The position numbers were made by a program, and so were the translations under genes. A stretch of 62,910 nt of DNA, filler included, from Bonamia ostreae (Eukaryota), in assembly GCA_040357525.1 (NCBI GenBank). It is 38 parts of 38 records of this genome, joined end to end, with 100 filler letters (N's around TTAATTAATTAA, not from the genome) between each part and the next. Parts side by side here need not be neighbours in the genome. Positions count along the whole stretch, not along the records: positions 24,983 to 26,542 come from JBDODL010001624.1; positions 26,643 to 28,201 come from JBDODL010001625.1; positions 28,302 to 29,859 come from JBDODL010001626.1; positions 29,960 to 31,517 come from JBDODL010001627.1; positions 31,618 to 33,174 come from JBDODL010001628.1; positions 33,275 to 34,831 come from JBDODL010001629.1; positions 34,932 to 36,487 come from JBDODL010001630.1; positions 36,588 to 38,143 come from JBDODL010001631.1; 30 more parts are not named here. The stretch is one strand, 5' to 3'. The notes beneath the pieces were generated by a model. The model did not search any database, was not told where the DNA came from, and worked only from the letters and a program-made list of their open reading frames with translations. Shown here in pieces: positions 26,097 to 39,212 of this stretch. Numbering within the stretch: the stretch's first letter is position 1; each line of letters opens with the position of its first letter.

Positions 26097-26542
26097 ATGT
26101 TCTTTTTGAAGCAAAAAACAATTACGAAATTTAATTACCTTTTCCATTTAAAACGTACAAATTTCTCCAGCAAAAATCTAAAGCTTAATTTCGGGCTTTG
26201 CCCCTTCAATATAAAAAACGAGTCTCTCGGTGTCAAAAAGTTAATGACCAAAATAAATCGCGATTCCATCATATCACTGCCACTCAGCAGTTCTCACGAA
26301 GAAGCTGCAAAGAAAATGATCAAACACGACATTGGCTCCATGTTAATAACCGACAATCAGAAGAAAAATGTCGTTGGGTTGTACACTGAAACTGACTTCA
26401 CAAATATGGTTGGTCTTAAAGGTACATCGCCAGACAATTCAATGAAGTACCTAACTTTCGGTCCACTTCCGATTGTCAACGAATCGGACAGTTATCTTGA
26501 AGCAATAAAGTGCTTCTTTAAAATGAAAAAACGATATGCTTT
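26097..26542 (+). CDS. CBS-domain protein with a basic N-terminal presequence-like leader (3' partial)
   Basis: EAAKKMIKHDIGSMLITD....VVGLYTETDF is a CBS motif. The N-terminus is K/R/F-rich and lacks acidic residues. Confidence 0.75.
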
Positions 26543-26642
26543 NNNNNNNNNNNNNNNNNNNNNNNNNNNNNNNNNNNNNNNNNNNNTTAATTAATTAANN
26601 NNNNNNNNNNNNNNNNNNNNNNNNNNNNNNNNNNNNNNNNNN

Positions 26643-27552
26643 AATATTGATCTTTGTCTTTAGAACTGACCAAAATATATCCTTTTTGGCCATTCCGCTC
26701 ATTTTCCGCACAAAATTCCTTTAAAATCTCATAAGCCATTTCTCCGGACTTTCTCACTTTTTCGATCATTTTATCGTCAAATTCTAAAAGCTCTGCATTT
26801 TTCAGAATTTGCCGAATTTTGGTATTGCCGTTGAGACCATTTTTGAGGAGTGAATGATCGATCAAATCAGGATCTGTTTTAAGCAAACGAAGAAGCACTG
26901 TCGTCAACGTGTTCTTAATCTTTGGCCATTTTAAATTAAACTTTTCTTTTTCTTTTGCTGTTTTCGCGTTCATTTTTTAACATTTCCTTCGCTTTCTCTT
27001 CGATATCGCGGCTGTTAAATTGGATTTTTGAACTTATTTATTTTCGTCAAAGGAGCGGTTTCTCTTCGCTCGATAACGTAAGTTTCGCCGACATCAACTT
27101 TGAAACTGCTTGTTTCGTAAGGACGAAGCAACGCCATTATTTTCAAATCGGAATTTAGAAGAATGATATTTCCGCCACTATAAACTTCGAAAATAATGTG
27201 CACCAATTTTTCGCTGTAGCCGAAAGATATCAAAACGGCTCTGTCCATTGGAAGCTGTTTGAAGTCCGAAATCGTTTTTGCTTTTATGTGTTTTCTTAGT
27301 TTCTGGCAGAATCCGTTTGGAGACGGCTTTGTACTGTAAACATGTTTTGTGAAGTGCAATCTGATGCCACTTTCTATAATTAAGACTTTTTTATTCGTAG
27401 ATCTTTCAAGCTTAAAGATGTATTTTTTAGGGTTTAAATCGTATATGTTTTTGACACGAAGTCCGACAGCTTCTTTTCTTTAAGATCGAAAAGAATTTTA
27501 ACTTTGCGTTTGAGCAAATTGCGGATATTTCGAGCATTGTCATTTTCGCCAT
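26643..27552 (-). CDS. NEMF: Ribosome quality control factor NEMF/Rqc2, N-terminal part
   Basis: GLRVKNIYDL, IESGIRLH, PNGFCQKLRKHIK, DRAV, IIFEVYSGGNIIL and IMALLR. Introns of 25 nt (27478-27502), 22 nt and 22 nt. Confidence 0.92.
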
Positions 27553-28424
27553 TTCAAATTATATGTTGTTTTATTGATAATGTTCCAATGCCGATAAGCT
27601 TATAGAACTATTTAAGATTTAATGGCGATCATAATAATTAAATTTGATTTGTTATTAAACTATATTAAAAACGATTAACAGCGAATGCCGGAAGAGCTTA
27701 GTGCTAAGGACAATGATATGATTGAATTGTGTACTGTATATGAACACAAGAAAATCGACGAAACAATAATGACGGAAAAAAGTGATTTTTGGAAGAATAA
27801 TAATCCCTTTTATTTAGCGATGCTCTATGACGAAGAGCCGTTGAGAAGATTTTTTAAAGAGTTTATAAAGAAAACGAAAAAATAAAAACGCAAATTTTTG
27901 TAAGACAAATATTAATCAAAAAATTTTAATCGTCAAAAAAGTGTTGATTTTTGTACGATTTTGTATTCCCGAGAAAGGCATTTTCAGTAACTATCGAACC
28001 TTCTAAAACAGATTTTTCTGGTAAACTTGCGTTGATTTGAATAATTGAATTTCGGATTGTCACACTTGAAATTTTTGATTTTATTGAAAATTTGTTTTTT
28101 TTTCGTTTTTTAAGTTTTTACGACTTTTGTCAATTCCATTTTTTTGAATTTACATTAATTTTTTGAATAATTTTTTTCAACTCTTTTTCGACTTTAAATT
28201 TNNNNNNNNNNNNNNNNNNNNNNNNNNNNNNNNNNNNNNNNNNNNTTAATTAATTAANNNNNNNNNNNNNNNNNNNNNNNNNNNNNNNNNNNNNNNNNNN
28301 NGTTATCTTCACCTTACAAAGTTCTACTCCACCATACTTATAGTGGTACTCCATCAAGCTAAGTTCATTACATCATGATAACCTTTCTTACATCACACTA
28401 ACTTATATTCCATAGCAATTACAT

Positions 28425-28632
28425 GTAGTTCCAGTAGAGGTTTTGCTCTTAACCGGGAAGTTGTGAGTTTGAGTGCCGCCCGTTGCATGACCGCAACAAA
28501 CCTCAAAATCAAACATAGATAGAGACAGCTCCTTCAGTAAGCGCCCGACATTTAAAATGAGAATCATGTGTTTTTCGGATATAACCTCCCGGTTACGAAG
28601 CGAACATCCTACCACAGAGCTGCAGTGGCCGA
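28425..28632. mobile_element. Two convergent, degenerate tRNA-derived SINE heads (host)
   Basis: Plus strand tagttccagtagagg..taaccgggaagttgtgagtttgagtgcc and minus strand gcagctctgtggtaggatgttcgcttcgtaaccgggaggt both resemble A/B-box tRNA-like heads and share taaccggga. Confidence 0.5.
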
Positions 28633-28890
28633 TCTGAATGAATGTAATTCTATACTGTTTCACGTAATGTTTATGATAAATATTTGCTGATAATACGTGT
28701 ATGAATATAGGAAAATTACATACAGATGAGTAACCAATGATAGATATAAGAATAAATCGGGGACTTTTCACCTTAAGCACTATATGTATTCAAAGAAAAC
28801 GAAGATTTTTGTAAGGAATAAAAGAAATCCAAGCAATCAACACCATGCAATCAATTGTATATATGAAAATATCGTCTTTTCACGTCACAG

Positions 28891-29156
28891 GGGATAATTT
28901 GAGAAATGATTATGGATCTGTCAATAAGGTTATCAACGGTATGTAGTTCAGTACATGGGATAATGATAACGATATCGGTCGGTCTGTTGATAATTGTGCA
29001 ACAACTCATTACGGAGGCTGGTGATACAGAAGCTGTCACAGCATCTACTTCAATGGTCCATGGAATTCAAAGCTGTGGTACAACCCATGGAGACCGAAAG
29101 TTGTTTATGAGACCCACGTAAAAGCAACACTAGTGATGATGAGACCGCGCAAGTGA
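28891..29156 (+). pseudogene. Host fibrinogen C-terminal (FReD, ficolin/ryncolin-like) last exon with two nonsense codons
   Basis: NGM*FSTWDNDND...NCATTHYGGW*YRSCHSIYFNG...MMRP. TAG at 28944-28946 and TGA at 29022-29024 interrupt the FST.D.DND and GGWWY motifs. Confidence 0.8.
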
Positions 29157-30699
29157 ATTAATGGAGATGGATGAAAAATATAATAGCACGATGACTTTCT
29201 CAAACTGAAGTCCATCAGAAAAAATGCAAACGTCAAATGTGATATATCCTTTAATATGACAGAAATATCTGATGATTGCAGTATTTGTATAATAAGAATA
29301 TTCATACTTTGATTTATACATGTATATCTATCATAAACTGTAGACAAAAGAAAACTTATTGGTGTTCTTTAATTGACTACATGTACCTAGTTAAATCTTG
29401 AGGAGTTTGATTTAGTGCTGTAAGGACTTTTCATTCCTATTCTTGTAAATATCACTATTGATTGCATTGTTACAATCAGTGATACATCTAACATGTTATT
29501 AATCGCACATTTACTTAATCAATCATCGGTTTTGCTGTGATTTGTGTTGTGTATATTGTGACGACATATCAAAACTTGAAAACTTCTAGAGGGATTGTCG
29601 CGTGCAGGAGGTTTTCTGCAAGAAAGTCTAAATTTTGGAGGTGACTAATATGGACGCATTTTGTAATTTATTGACTATGAAAGTACAGAGAGGCAAAGTG
29701 CAGCTAATATCACGTGACCTTGTCCTTCATGTTGATTCTGGCAAGTCGGAACAGTAAACACAGCACGTTTTATAATGAAATGCGATATAGCGATGGAAAT
29801 AGTCAAAAACTATTAAGCCGAGTCTGTTGTGTACTTATATATATATACAGTACACGACANNNNNNNNNNNNNNNNNNNNNNNNNNNNNNNNNNNNNNNNN
29901 NNNTTAATTAATTAANNNNNNNNNNNNNNNNNNNNNNNNNNNNNNNNNNNNNNNNNNNNGTCTACCAAAAAAGAATTTAATTTCAATGTTTTAATGTATT
30001 TTAATAAAAACTTTAGTTTCAATGTTTTAATCACTGTCAAAAAACTTTAATTTCAATGTTTTAATGTATTTCAATAAAAACTTTAATTTCAATGTTTTAT
30101 TGACTGTCAAAAACCTATTTAATACTAATTTTTAAAAATTTAGAAAGTTTTATCCGCGAAAGAAGAGATTATCCTAACAAATACAGATCATTTGTTCATG
30201 TTTCTAATGGATCTTTCAAAAGTTTTTAATTTATTCTGCGAAGTGTAGAGAAGACGAAAACATAATTTCTCTTAGTAAGTTTTTGTACCAAGCTCATCCT
30301 CCCGATAAGGTTCTGCGACAATTCCAGAAAGATGGTTGTTCGTTGCCAGAAGAGTTTTTATTAACTATTTTAAGCTCCTGCTTGACAAAGAACATAAAAT
30401 TCGAAGCGCGCAGAATCAAAAACAGAAAAATGACGGAAAAACTTGTGTCGACGCTAAAGAACACTAAAAGTGTGCGCGAAAAGATTTGCTTTTTGGCGTT
30501 CACCGTGTTGTTAATATATTTTTTAATTTGAATGTCTTTTTTGATGTACTCAAAAAATTTTAATCGATTTGTTTTTTGATGTCTTCGAAAATTTGTTTTT
30601 TGACTGCTTCCGTGTTATTAAAATTTGTGTCATCGAAGTTTTTCGAGCCATTAAAAGACAGGTTTAGATGGCATAACTTTGTAATGCAACTCTAATAAC

Positions 30700-30900
30700 T
30701 TTAAATTCCACATTATTCGTGTTCTAAACTGATCACCATTGAGTCCAGATATAAACAAGATTGAAAACTTTTGGTCGATAATAAAACAAAACGGCCAAAT
30801 TTAAAACCTTGACGAAATATGGGGAAATATTGAATGTTCCAACAAGAAACAATAGAAAATAACAGATTTAGATCAAAGGGATACAACAAATATTGATAAA
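30700..30900 (+). mobile_element. Decayed Tc1/mariner transposase C-terminal fragment
   Basis: Reads RVLN*SPLSPDINKIENFWSIIKQ, matching the W(P)xxSPDLNPIENxW motif, with stops nearby. Confidence 0.6.
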
Positions 30901-33900
30901 TATGGATTTGAGTAAAAAAATTTTAATTTGTGTTTTATTTTTTAGAAATTGTCTTCTTTTTATCCATAAAATTGAATTTTTTTAGTAATTTGCATAATAT
31001 GTAAGCATTTATTATTTTAGTAAAGCACATTTTCTCTTCTTCTTCTTTTAAAATCTAATCTGAATCTTTTATATCCCTCAATACTTTCTGGTGGATGTTT
31101 TTGAAAAATAACCCACGCTTTTTTCCACATTTCACGAGTTTCATCTTCCTTAAAATAATTCTTTAAAACTTTCATAATCCTATTAATTTTTTCACAAAAA
31201 TCTGTTTTATCATTTAAAAGTTCATCTTTATGCATAATCAATTTCTTTTAATTGAGTTAAATTTTATTTTCCTAGAAATTACATTTTTGACATATTTACT
31301 GTCGATTTTTGACATTTTTGTGGAAATACCAACTCTGGGTATGAACCCATGAGTACACATTTTTAAAGTATGTCTTCTTATCTGATTATATTAAACATTA
31401 AATTCATTATTGTTTAAATCGGTTCAATTGCCAAATTTAAAAACCACAGCTAAGATGTAATAGACGATGTTGAAATCGGTCGAAATAATAAAATCTAAGC
31501 GATGTATTATGTCGTCANNNNNNNNNNNNNNNNNNNNNNNNNNNNNNNNNNNNNNNNNNNNTTAATTAATTAANNNNNNNNNNNNNNNNNNNNNNNNNNN
31601 NNNNNNNNNNNNNNNNNCGCCTGTACAGGAATTAAAAACACGAATGTTATATTTAAAGAAATCTCATTTCACTTGCTGATTATATCTATCTATCTATCTA
31701 TATTCAAAATATATTGATATTTTGACATATCATTTTACATGTAACTGTTATTTGTTTTCATTAATTTTGAAATAAGTAATAATAATAATAATAATAACAA
31801 TGATAACAATAATAATGATAAAACTGACGAATGTTCACACAGTTGTTATCATGGGAATATATCACCGTCACAGGTAGATTTTCACACTTTAATATTGTTT
31901 CAACAATTTTATTTTAACATGTTGGTATCTTTTTAATTTCAATTTTATTATTTTTCATGCTTTCACAATATGCTTTAATAGTGTTGATTTTAATTTCATA
32001 ATGATCTTTTTACAATCTTAAATTACAATTTTGCTTCTATTTTTTATGTTAATTATATAGTTTTGGTTTAACAATTGCATTTTAAATAAAATCTTTGAAT
32101 TTGTTTATAATTTTCATTTGTATTTTTACTTTAACAATTTAATGTAAAAAATTTTTGTCTGTTTATTTTCTGATTTTATATTTTTGTTTTAGCACTTTCA
32201 TTTCAACAATTTTGCTTCTGTTAAAAATTTCTATACTTGTTTCCTATTTTGATTTTTAATAAGTTATTTCAAAAAAAGTTATTTTAAAGTTATTTTGAAG
32301 TCGTAATCCTTATATATAGTCATTTTACAACAGACAGGGGACGACCAAGGCACCACTCGAAAGTTGGTATAAACTGTCACGCACATAGAATATCAAACAC
32401 GTTCAAAGTGAAGGAGGAGAGTCGGAGTGGAATTTGGAAGTAATTTTTGACAAGCGAAATAATTCTTAAATGGGGGTGGAAGTTATGTCTTTATCAGCAA
32501 TAACTCCCTTAAATTTTGCCAGGCTCCAATTTCGTACAGAAAGAGGGAGGGGTATCATTGGCAACATAGGTTCGATTCATAACTTTTCAAGCTTACTATC
32601 TTCTTATTCAGAACTTATATGAATGTATCAAAATGTTGAGAAGGCATTCACTCAACACATCTTTAACTGCATATGAATATAACAGATAGTGATCATTGCC
32701 AAAAAGCCCCCCCCCTTTCCGATATTACGTGCCTGAATATGTATTGCAAACTTCCATCAAGAAATAAGAGCACAGGGAAGGCTGATGAACTAGTTGCTAC
32801 GGCAGGCAGCAGATACCGTATCCAAAGACTACTTATGGGACACGCAGTTACGAGGCAGGGCAACACATTCACACGCCGGGCATTGCGATACTAAGAACCG
32901 GTGTGGACGCTAAGAACCGGGTCAAAGATCTTAAACACCGTTTTGGAATAAACGCATAATTTCACTCGATTTCAGCGATCGCGTGCGATGTTCACGACAT
33001 ACATGAATTATAAACAATCATTTTAGCTATACCCATGCTTGTTCTTACCCAATTTGGAGTGTTGTAAGTGGATATTCAATATCCACGACAGTTTATATCA
33101 ACTGAAGTTTCTGAGAACTAAACGAGTTTACTATTTCCCTACATATATCGAGCGAGATCCAATTTTATTTTATCNNNNNNNNNNNNNNNNNNNNNNNNNN
33201 NNNNNNNNNNNNNNNNNNTTAATTAATTAANNNNNNNNNNNNNNNNNNNNNNNNNNNNNNNNNNNNNNNNNNNNTACTATATTCGTAAATATTATTCAGT
33301 TGGTTTTTTATCAATATATATATATTTTTATTCTTAATGTGGAATTGGAAGAGGTGCTTATCTAAAATGCATGACTTCTTTTATGATAAAGACACAATCA
33401 TCAAATCTTTCACCTTTCATTTATCCCCAAACAAATGCGTTCATTCCCAAACCATTCAGCCTTCGTTCTTTTGAATTCAATATCACCGCAGCAATTCTCG
33501 GGATTCGCCACTCCATTTCAATTCACCAAAAGTATGTTGCCTTTCAAAACATATTAAGTAACAGTCAAGCCGCAAGTACAACAACAAATGTGACAAGGGG
33601 GTTTCATAATTTTAACATTATAATAAAATATTTGTCATAAAGTTCCAGAACGTTTTAGGATCGTCATCCGAAAAAAAACCCACGTCAATTACAACTCCGA
33701 CTAAAATTACTGACTGTATACAAAATAGTGATGAAATAGTTTGCAACACTTCAACTTCTTTATAAAGTATTACAAGTACAGTGAAATAAAATTACAGATG
33801 AGGGAATTCCGAGTTTTAAAAATTACCCCTATTCGTTCTATTGACTTTCTTCATTAAATCCATGTATATTTCATAAAGTGTTCATTTTCACGTTTATCAT

Positions 33901-34554
33901 TTAAATGCCATTAATGATTTTGATATTTCTATAATAGTGAAGAGGGGTGTGGCCATAGATAACACAGAAGAGGAGCAGCAGGTACAGATATACCATGAAC
34001 AAAATTGTGTGCATCTATTTTAAACATCAGCATCAACTCTCTTGTAAAGCTGTAATTTGAACGTTCACTTTAAAACACAGAAGGAAATGAACAATGTATT
34101 GTATTCATATGAATGTCTAAATGAAATATAATGATAAAACAAATTAACTCATAAGTGTGCTTCTTCAAGATTGAAAAATAAATGCAGATTTTTACTTTTA
34201 GGTAATAAAGCGATCAAGGAGAGATATTGATGATGTTATTCAAACAGAGCTAAGAGCAAATCAGCTCGAGACTGGACATCTAGATCGAAAGGGTAACGAC
34301 AGAACCATGCATCCACTTATTCATCATTTACTTCCTGTATGTTTACAACTATATCCAACTATATCCAAATCAGAGCAAGTGAAAATGTTAAACAAAATGC
34401 TAAACAAGATAGAGCCTACTGCATCAGAATTTCGCAAATTCTATGGTTATCAGCACAGACTATCCTTGAGGGAAATGTTGTGTAACGTGTTTCATATTGA
34501 TTGTGAGGTCGTTCTGACATGCTTATTTTGAGTACGGATTACTCCGTTTATATC

Positions 34555-34685
34555 CTCAAAGCATAGGGTTCAAGGCGGGTGTAACCATTTAAAAGGATAT
34601 ACTTACTCCTCCTAGGTACCTGATGCCACCTATCCACCTATGGTTTGTCTAGGGGCCCGTATTTGCCATAACTTTCTATTGTGTG
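34555..34685 (+). repeat. Host dispersed repeat copy (ggcgggtgt...tactcctcctagg.acctgat.ccacct family, recalled from oyster genomes)
   Basis: Homologous to copies at about 42125-42265 and 61755-61855. Short matches also occur at about 15330-15355 (reverse complement) and 28302. The assignment to Ostreidae is from memory, not a search. Confidence 0.65.
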
Positions 34686-35373
34686 TTGCGGACACTTTTA
34701 AGGAAGACGCCACGAATGATGAACCCTATTCCCCGTTTTCAAACGGAGAAGGGCTAAACAATTTGCTTGCCAGTTACGTAAGCCTAATGGAGCTCTTATA
34801 ATAATAATATTAATAATAATAATAATTAAGANNNNNNNNNNNNNNNNNNNNNNNNNNNNNNNNNNNNNNNNNNNNTTAATTAATTAANNNNNNNNNNNNN
34901 NNNNNNNNNNNNNNNNNNNNNNNNNNNNNNNCTTCATCTTTCTTTTGTAATCAACATTAAAGTTGCTATAACATACAAGTATGTGTCTTTAAAGGATACG
35001 TTGAAGATAGAAACATTAATTTCTCACTTTAAACTACAATAAGTGGCGAGAAATTAGTGGCAAAAATTACCATGGATTTGTAAAATGAAAATTTTAGCCT
35101 AAGCAATAGGCATTTCCTATCTCAAAGATATCACTTGAATGTGCATTTGTTTGATACGGATCTGTTTTACTGTTCTTTATTTTCCCTCTTTCATTCAATG
35201 TTTCAGACAAGACTTAACTTTTTTTCATTAACGACATAAATATTTCTAGTTAACTGTCCAATATGTGTTACATACCTTTATTAACTTCGTTTTGTTTAAT
35301 TTGAACAACTACCTGATTCTATGATCAAAGAAAATATTTTCCAAACATATTTACAAATGTTGATATATTACAG

Positions 35374-36460
35374 ATTCTTAACGAACCCATAACTGTTCCA
35401 ATAGGAAAAGAGGGTGTCATCAGAATACAATTAACTGTGCCATTCGGTTGTTATAATACATCTGGGATTGTAGTAAATTGCAAACTGACTATCGAAATGA
35501 AAACCCCTCAAAGTTCAAACTGTGATCAAATACAAGGCCTTGATGGTTGTGGAATAGCAATTAAAAAAAGCAATTGGAGAGAGGTTTACACACTTAGAGT
35601 TCAACATTCAGATGCATCGGTTAACTACAGAAAGACGTTAGTACATCGTGTCCAACTTCACACATTGTCAATGGAGTCTCATCCAGTGTGGAGTGATATC
35701 ACATTGAGAGAAGTACAGGTTAGATATAGGTTAGATATTTTTTCAATAAATATTTTATTGTTGCGTTCAATTCAGGAGCATTTGATACTATGATATTTTA
35801 CAGATTCACATAGAAGATAAAAACATCGCTTGGACTGGGAAATCGTGTTACTCGCACAGCGATCCTCATATGATGACTTTTGACGGAATGTAAGTACAAA
35901 CACTCGAGGAATTCTAGGGGTATAGAAAGATACGCTGCGACAGACAGGAAAGAAACTTCTAGGTCTTAACATAGTCTTCGAAAATCATTATAAACAGTCT
36001 GTATCATCTTATCTTTTTACAAAACACAACTTAAAACTCAATATGCATTCTTTTGTTTTGTTTACATTACACCATATTTACTTTCTTGCAGTACATACGA
36101 TAATCAGAACGCTGGGACATTTATAATGTACGAAAGCAAAGATGGAAGTGGGAATATAATGCAGGTGCGAATGAATGTATATTTAAAAGAATATCGAGTT
36201 ATTTTGTTTACAAGACACATATTAAAGAGATATATGTACATGAATGAATAACAAACATTGTATTCTAGGTTCAAACAAGACTTACCCCATGCAATAAAGA
36301 AACGGGACCTGGGATTTTCTGCAACTGTGGGGTGGCTGTACGCGCTGCTGCTGATATATATATTATAAACCGATGTACAAAAGAAAGTATTTTTTTTGGA
36401 TTCAAAAACTGTATTGACAACGTTCTGGATGTTCGTAAACAGGATGATTTTAATTACATT
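35374..36460 (+). CDS. Host VWD-domain protein (VWDE-like), four internal exons
   Basis: Exons at about 35374-35718, 35804-35888, 36091-36164 and 36269-36460 with GTTAG/GTAAG/GTGCG/GTGAG donors. Motifs CYSHSDPHMMTFDG, GTFIMY and VQTRL..C...CNCGVAVRA. Confidence 0.8.
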
Positions 36461-37056
36461 GTGAGTAAGCCCTGATATATATATATANNNNNNNNNNNNN
36501 NNNNNNNNNNNNNNNNNNNNNNNNNNNNNNNTTAATTAATTAANNNNNNNNNNNNNNNNNNNNNNNNNNNNNNNNNNNNNNNNNNNNATCTCATTAAATG
36601 TTAATTTTACAATTATAATCTGCGAAAATATGGTCGTTTTTATTAAAATTTTAGTCAATTTTGTCAATTAGATAAAATCGTTAGATTTTTGTAATTTTTC
36701 TGTGAGAATAGATATTTCATCTCTTTGATATTTTCTATTTTTACATTCAAATAGATCTTTTTAAATAGTTTGATTAGATTTTAATAAGTCTATTTTTCTC
36801 TTTGATTTTCTCCAGATAAACCACAATATTAAAAAAATTCTGCCCTCCTATTTAAATCGACAATTAACCAAATTTTTGCTGTAAATTTTTTGTTATCTGC
36901 TTTACAATCTGTTGATATGCAAAATTTAAATCTTAGAAGACTTCAACAATCATGAAGTTAATGGAGACCACAATAGAAATTGGTAAATCATGGCGGAAGA
37001 TATTTATCAAAAAAATGTTGTGAAATGATTGAAATTTTAGCTGAAATGCATTTATG

Positions 37057-38063
37057 TCAATTTTCGAACAGAAAAATTTGTTTCTGCAAACGCTCTAATT
37101 TTTCTTCAAAACCTGTTTCCTCTTCTTTCAAATTCTCAGAATTCTCGTTCAAACTGTCGCCATTTTCTTTTTTTACGCTTTTCTCTCTTCTTTCAAACAA
37201 ATCTATCCAATTTCTGTACAAAATCTCGATTTTGTAAGCTTCGAATACCAATTTTGTCGGAACACTCCAAAGATAAAAGATTTTATTGGAAGAAGGCTCT
37301 TGCGGTTTAATGGGGATTTCTCTTAGTCGAACCAACCCGGAATTCATCATCTTGTACAACAACACTCTCGTTTCCTCTTTTGGAATAAGCGCCAAATCTG
37401 AAATTTGGTCGTCTTCAAGTTGTTTTTCTTGAACCAAAAGTGCGAATATTCTCGCCGCGTGTTTGCCAAATTTGATTTTTATCGAATTTTGTAAATAAAG
37501 ACGTTTCATTTCGTTGAAGATCGCTTCGATGTCTTTATGTTTACAAATTTTCTATTTGAACTAGAATTGGTAACTGGAAATAATGACCGACTGCAAAAGA
37601 ATCAAAATCAGTGTTCAGGAGAATCTTTACTTTTCTGTTGTTGCTCAGATTGAACAAGATCGAGTTAATTTTTGATTTTGTGAATTCAAGTTTTAAGTGG
37701 TTAAGTTTTGGATCTTCTGTTATTGTTTTCATAATGAGTTCCGCGTCTATTTTTTCTTTTAATGAATTTTGGAAAACGTTGATTCGCTGCTTCAAGTTTC
37801 TCGCTTTTCTTTCTTTTCTCAGGAAGAAAATTTGGTGTTTCTTCGACATCGTCAAGCGAAGGAAAAGCTGTTAACTCCAAGATCGCCTTAACAACGCAAG
37901 TGCTGTAAATGTCTGTTTCTTTGGCCACAAAGTTGGTCAAATAATCTTTTTTCAACTCTTTCTCAAATTTTTCATGGTTTATCTTAACGATTGTTTCATC
38001 GTCAATTACTTTATCGACAAATCCTTCGTTTATCGCTTTTTCAATTATCTTTTGAAATCGCAA
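37057..38063 (-). CDS. POLR3C: RNA polymerase III subunit RPC3 (RPC62/RPC82), C-terminal part
   Basis: KFGKHAARIFALL..EKQLEDDQI...ALIPKEETRVLLYKM..G..REIP...YLWSV is the C-terminal winged-helix region. Frames are joined by a 22-nt GTTTT..AAG intron and an about 55-nt GTC..AAG intron. The 3' end is uncertain. Confidence 0.85.
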
Positions 38064-38243
38064 ATTTTTAGCCGTTAAAATTTTCGAAAATTTTTGGTTT
38101 GAAAATTTTTTCCAAATGAATAAAATTTTAAATTTTTATTGTTNNNNNNNNNNNNNNNNNNNNNNNNNNNNNNNNNNNNNNNNNNNNTTAATTAATTAAN
38201 NNNNNNNNNNNNNNNNNNNNNNNNNNNNNNNNNNNNNNNNNNN

Positions 38244-39008
38244 CGTTGTATGCCCAAATCAAATTGAACGACGATATGTTTTTCGACGTTTTTACAACTC
38301 ACTTGCAATCGGATGAAAACTTGACTGATATTAAAATGTCACAATTGAATCAATTGAGAGAATTTATTGTCTCAAAAAGCATTTTTGAATTTTAAAATTT
38401 TCAACTTTTTTGCATTTCAGGAAATTTTTGAAGCAATTTTAAAAATTTTTATGCAAAAGATTGATTTTTGCATAAAAACCACTCAAAAAATTTTATAAAA
38501 TTTTGCAGTAATTTTAAAAATTTCGCTTTTAATAAATTTGACGAAAAGCTAAAAATATTAAATTTGCGTTGCTAAAACAGACAACGGCATCGACCCGATC
38601 ATAATAACCGGTGATTTTAATATAAATGCGCTCGACAGTGTCGGCGACATTTACAAGAAATTTGTAAACACGCTCTTCAAAGATTTGCACCATTTCGACA
38701 CCATTCTAAAAAACAGAAATCGACACATTGTTACTGGCGGATATGGAACTGGAAATTTGAAACTAAAAGATGTAGCGGAAAAAAGTTATCTGATAGACGG
38801 AAAAGCTCTCGATTATATTTTTATCGCAACCAAAAATCAAAATATCGACAGTGCGCAATTAGAGAAAATGGTGAAAAGTTCAAAGGTTGAGCCCTTTGTC
38901 GTTGATGCGAATACTTTTAGTCATGTGTCGGATCATTATGGCGTCCATTCTACTATTTTGTTCGATAGAGAAAATATTGAAATTACGACATATAAAAATT
39001 GCATTTAA
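38244..39008 (+). CDS. Endonuclease/exonuclease/phosphatase-family enzyme, sphingomyelinase-like (5' partial)
   Basis: VFTTHLQS, QLNQLREFI, IIITGDFN, LDYIF and SDHYGV catalytic motifs. One intron ends at 38580. Confidence 0.8.
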
Positions 39009-39212
39009 TTTTCACATTTTTTCTAAAATTTTGCAATTTTACGAATTTTAAGCCATTTTAATTACGAATTAAAAAATTTTGCAATTTCCAGTTTTTGGTT
39101 TAATTGCCTTCAATTTACAAAATTTCAGTTATTTTGTCCATTTATCTGAAAATAAGCTTTACTACAAGCTTTAGCGTTAGACGAAGAACATATAATAACT
39201 AACTCAATTCGA

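Noticed and set aside
30728-30735. TGA at a conserved Trp position (also GGW*Y at 29022) hinting at stop-codon reassignment
   Set aside because: Both lie in decayed sequences with other lesions. Intact genes use TGG for Trp, end at normal stops and need no readthrough.
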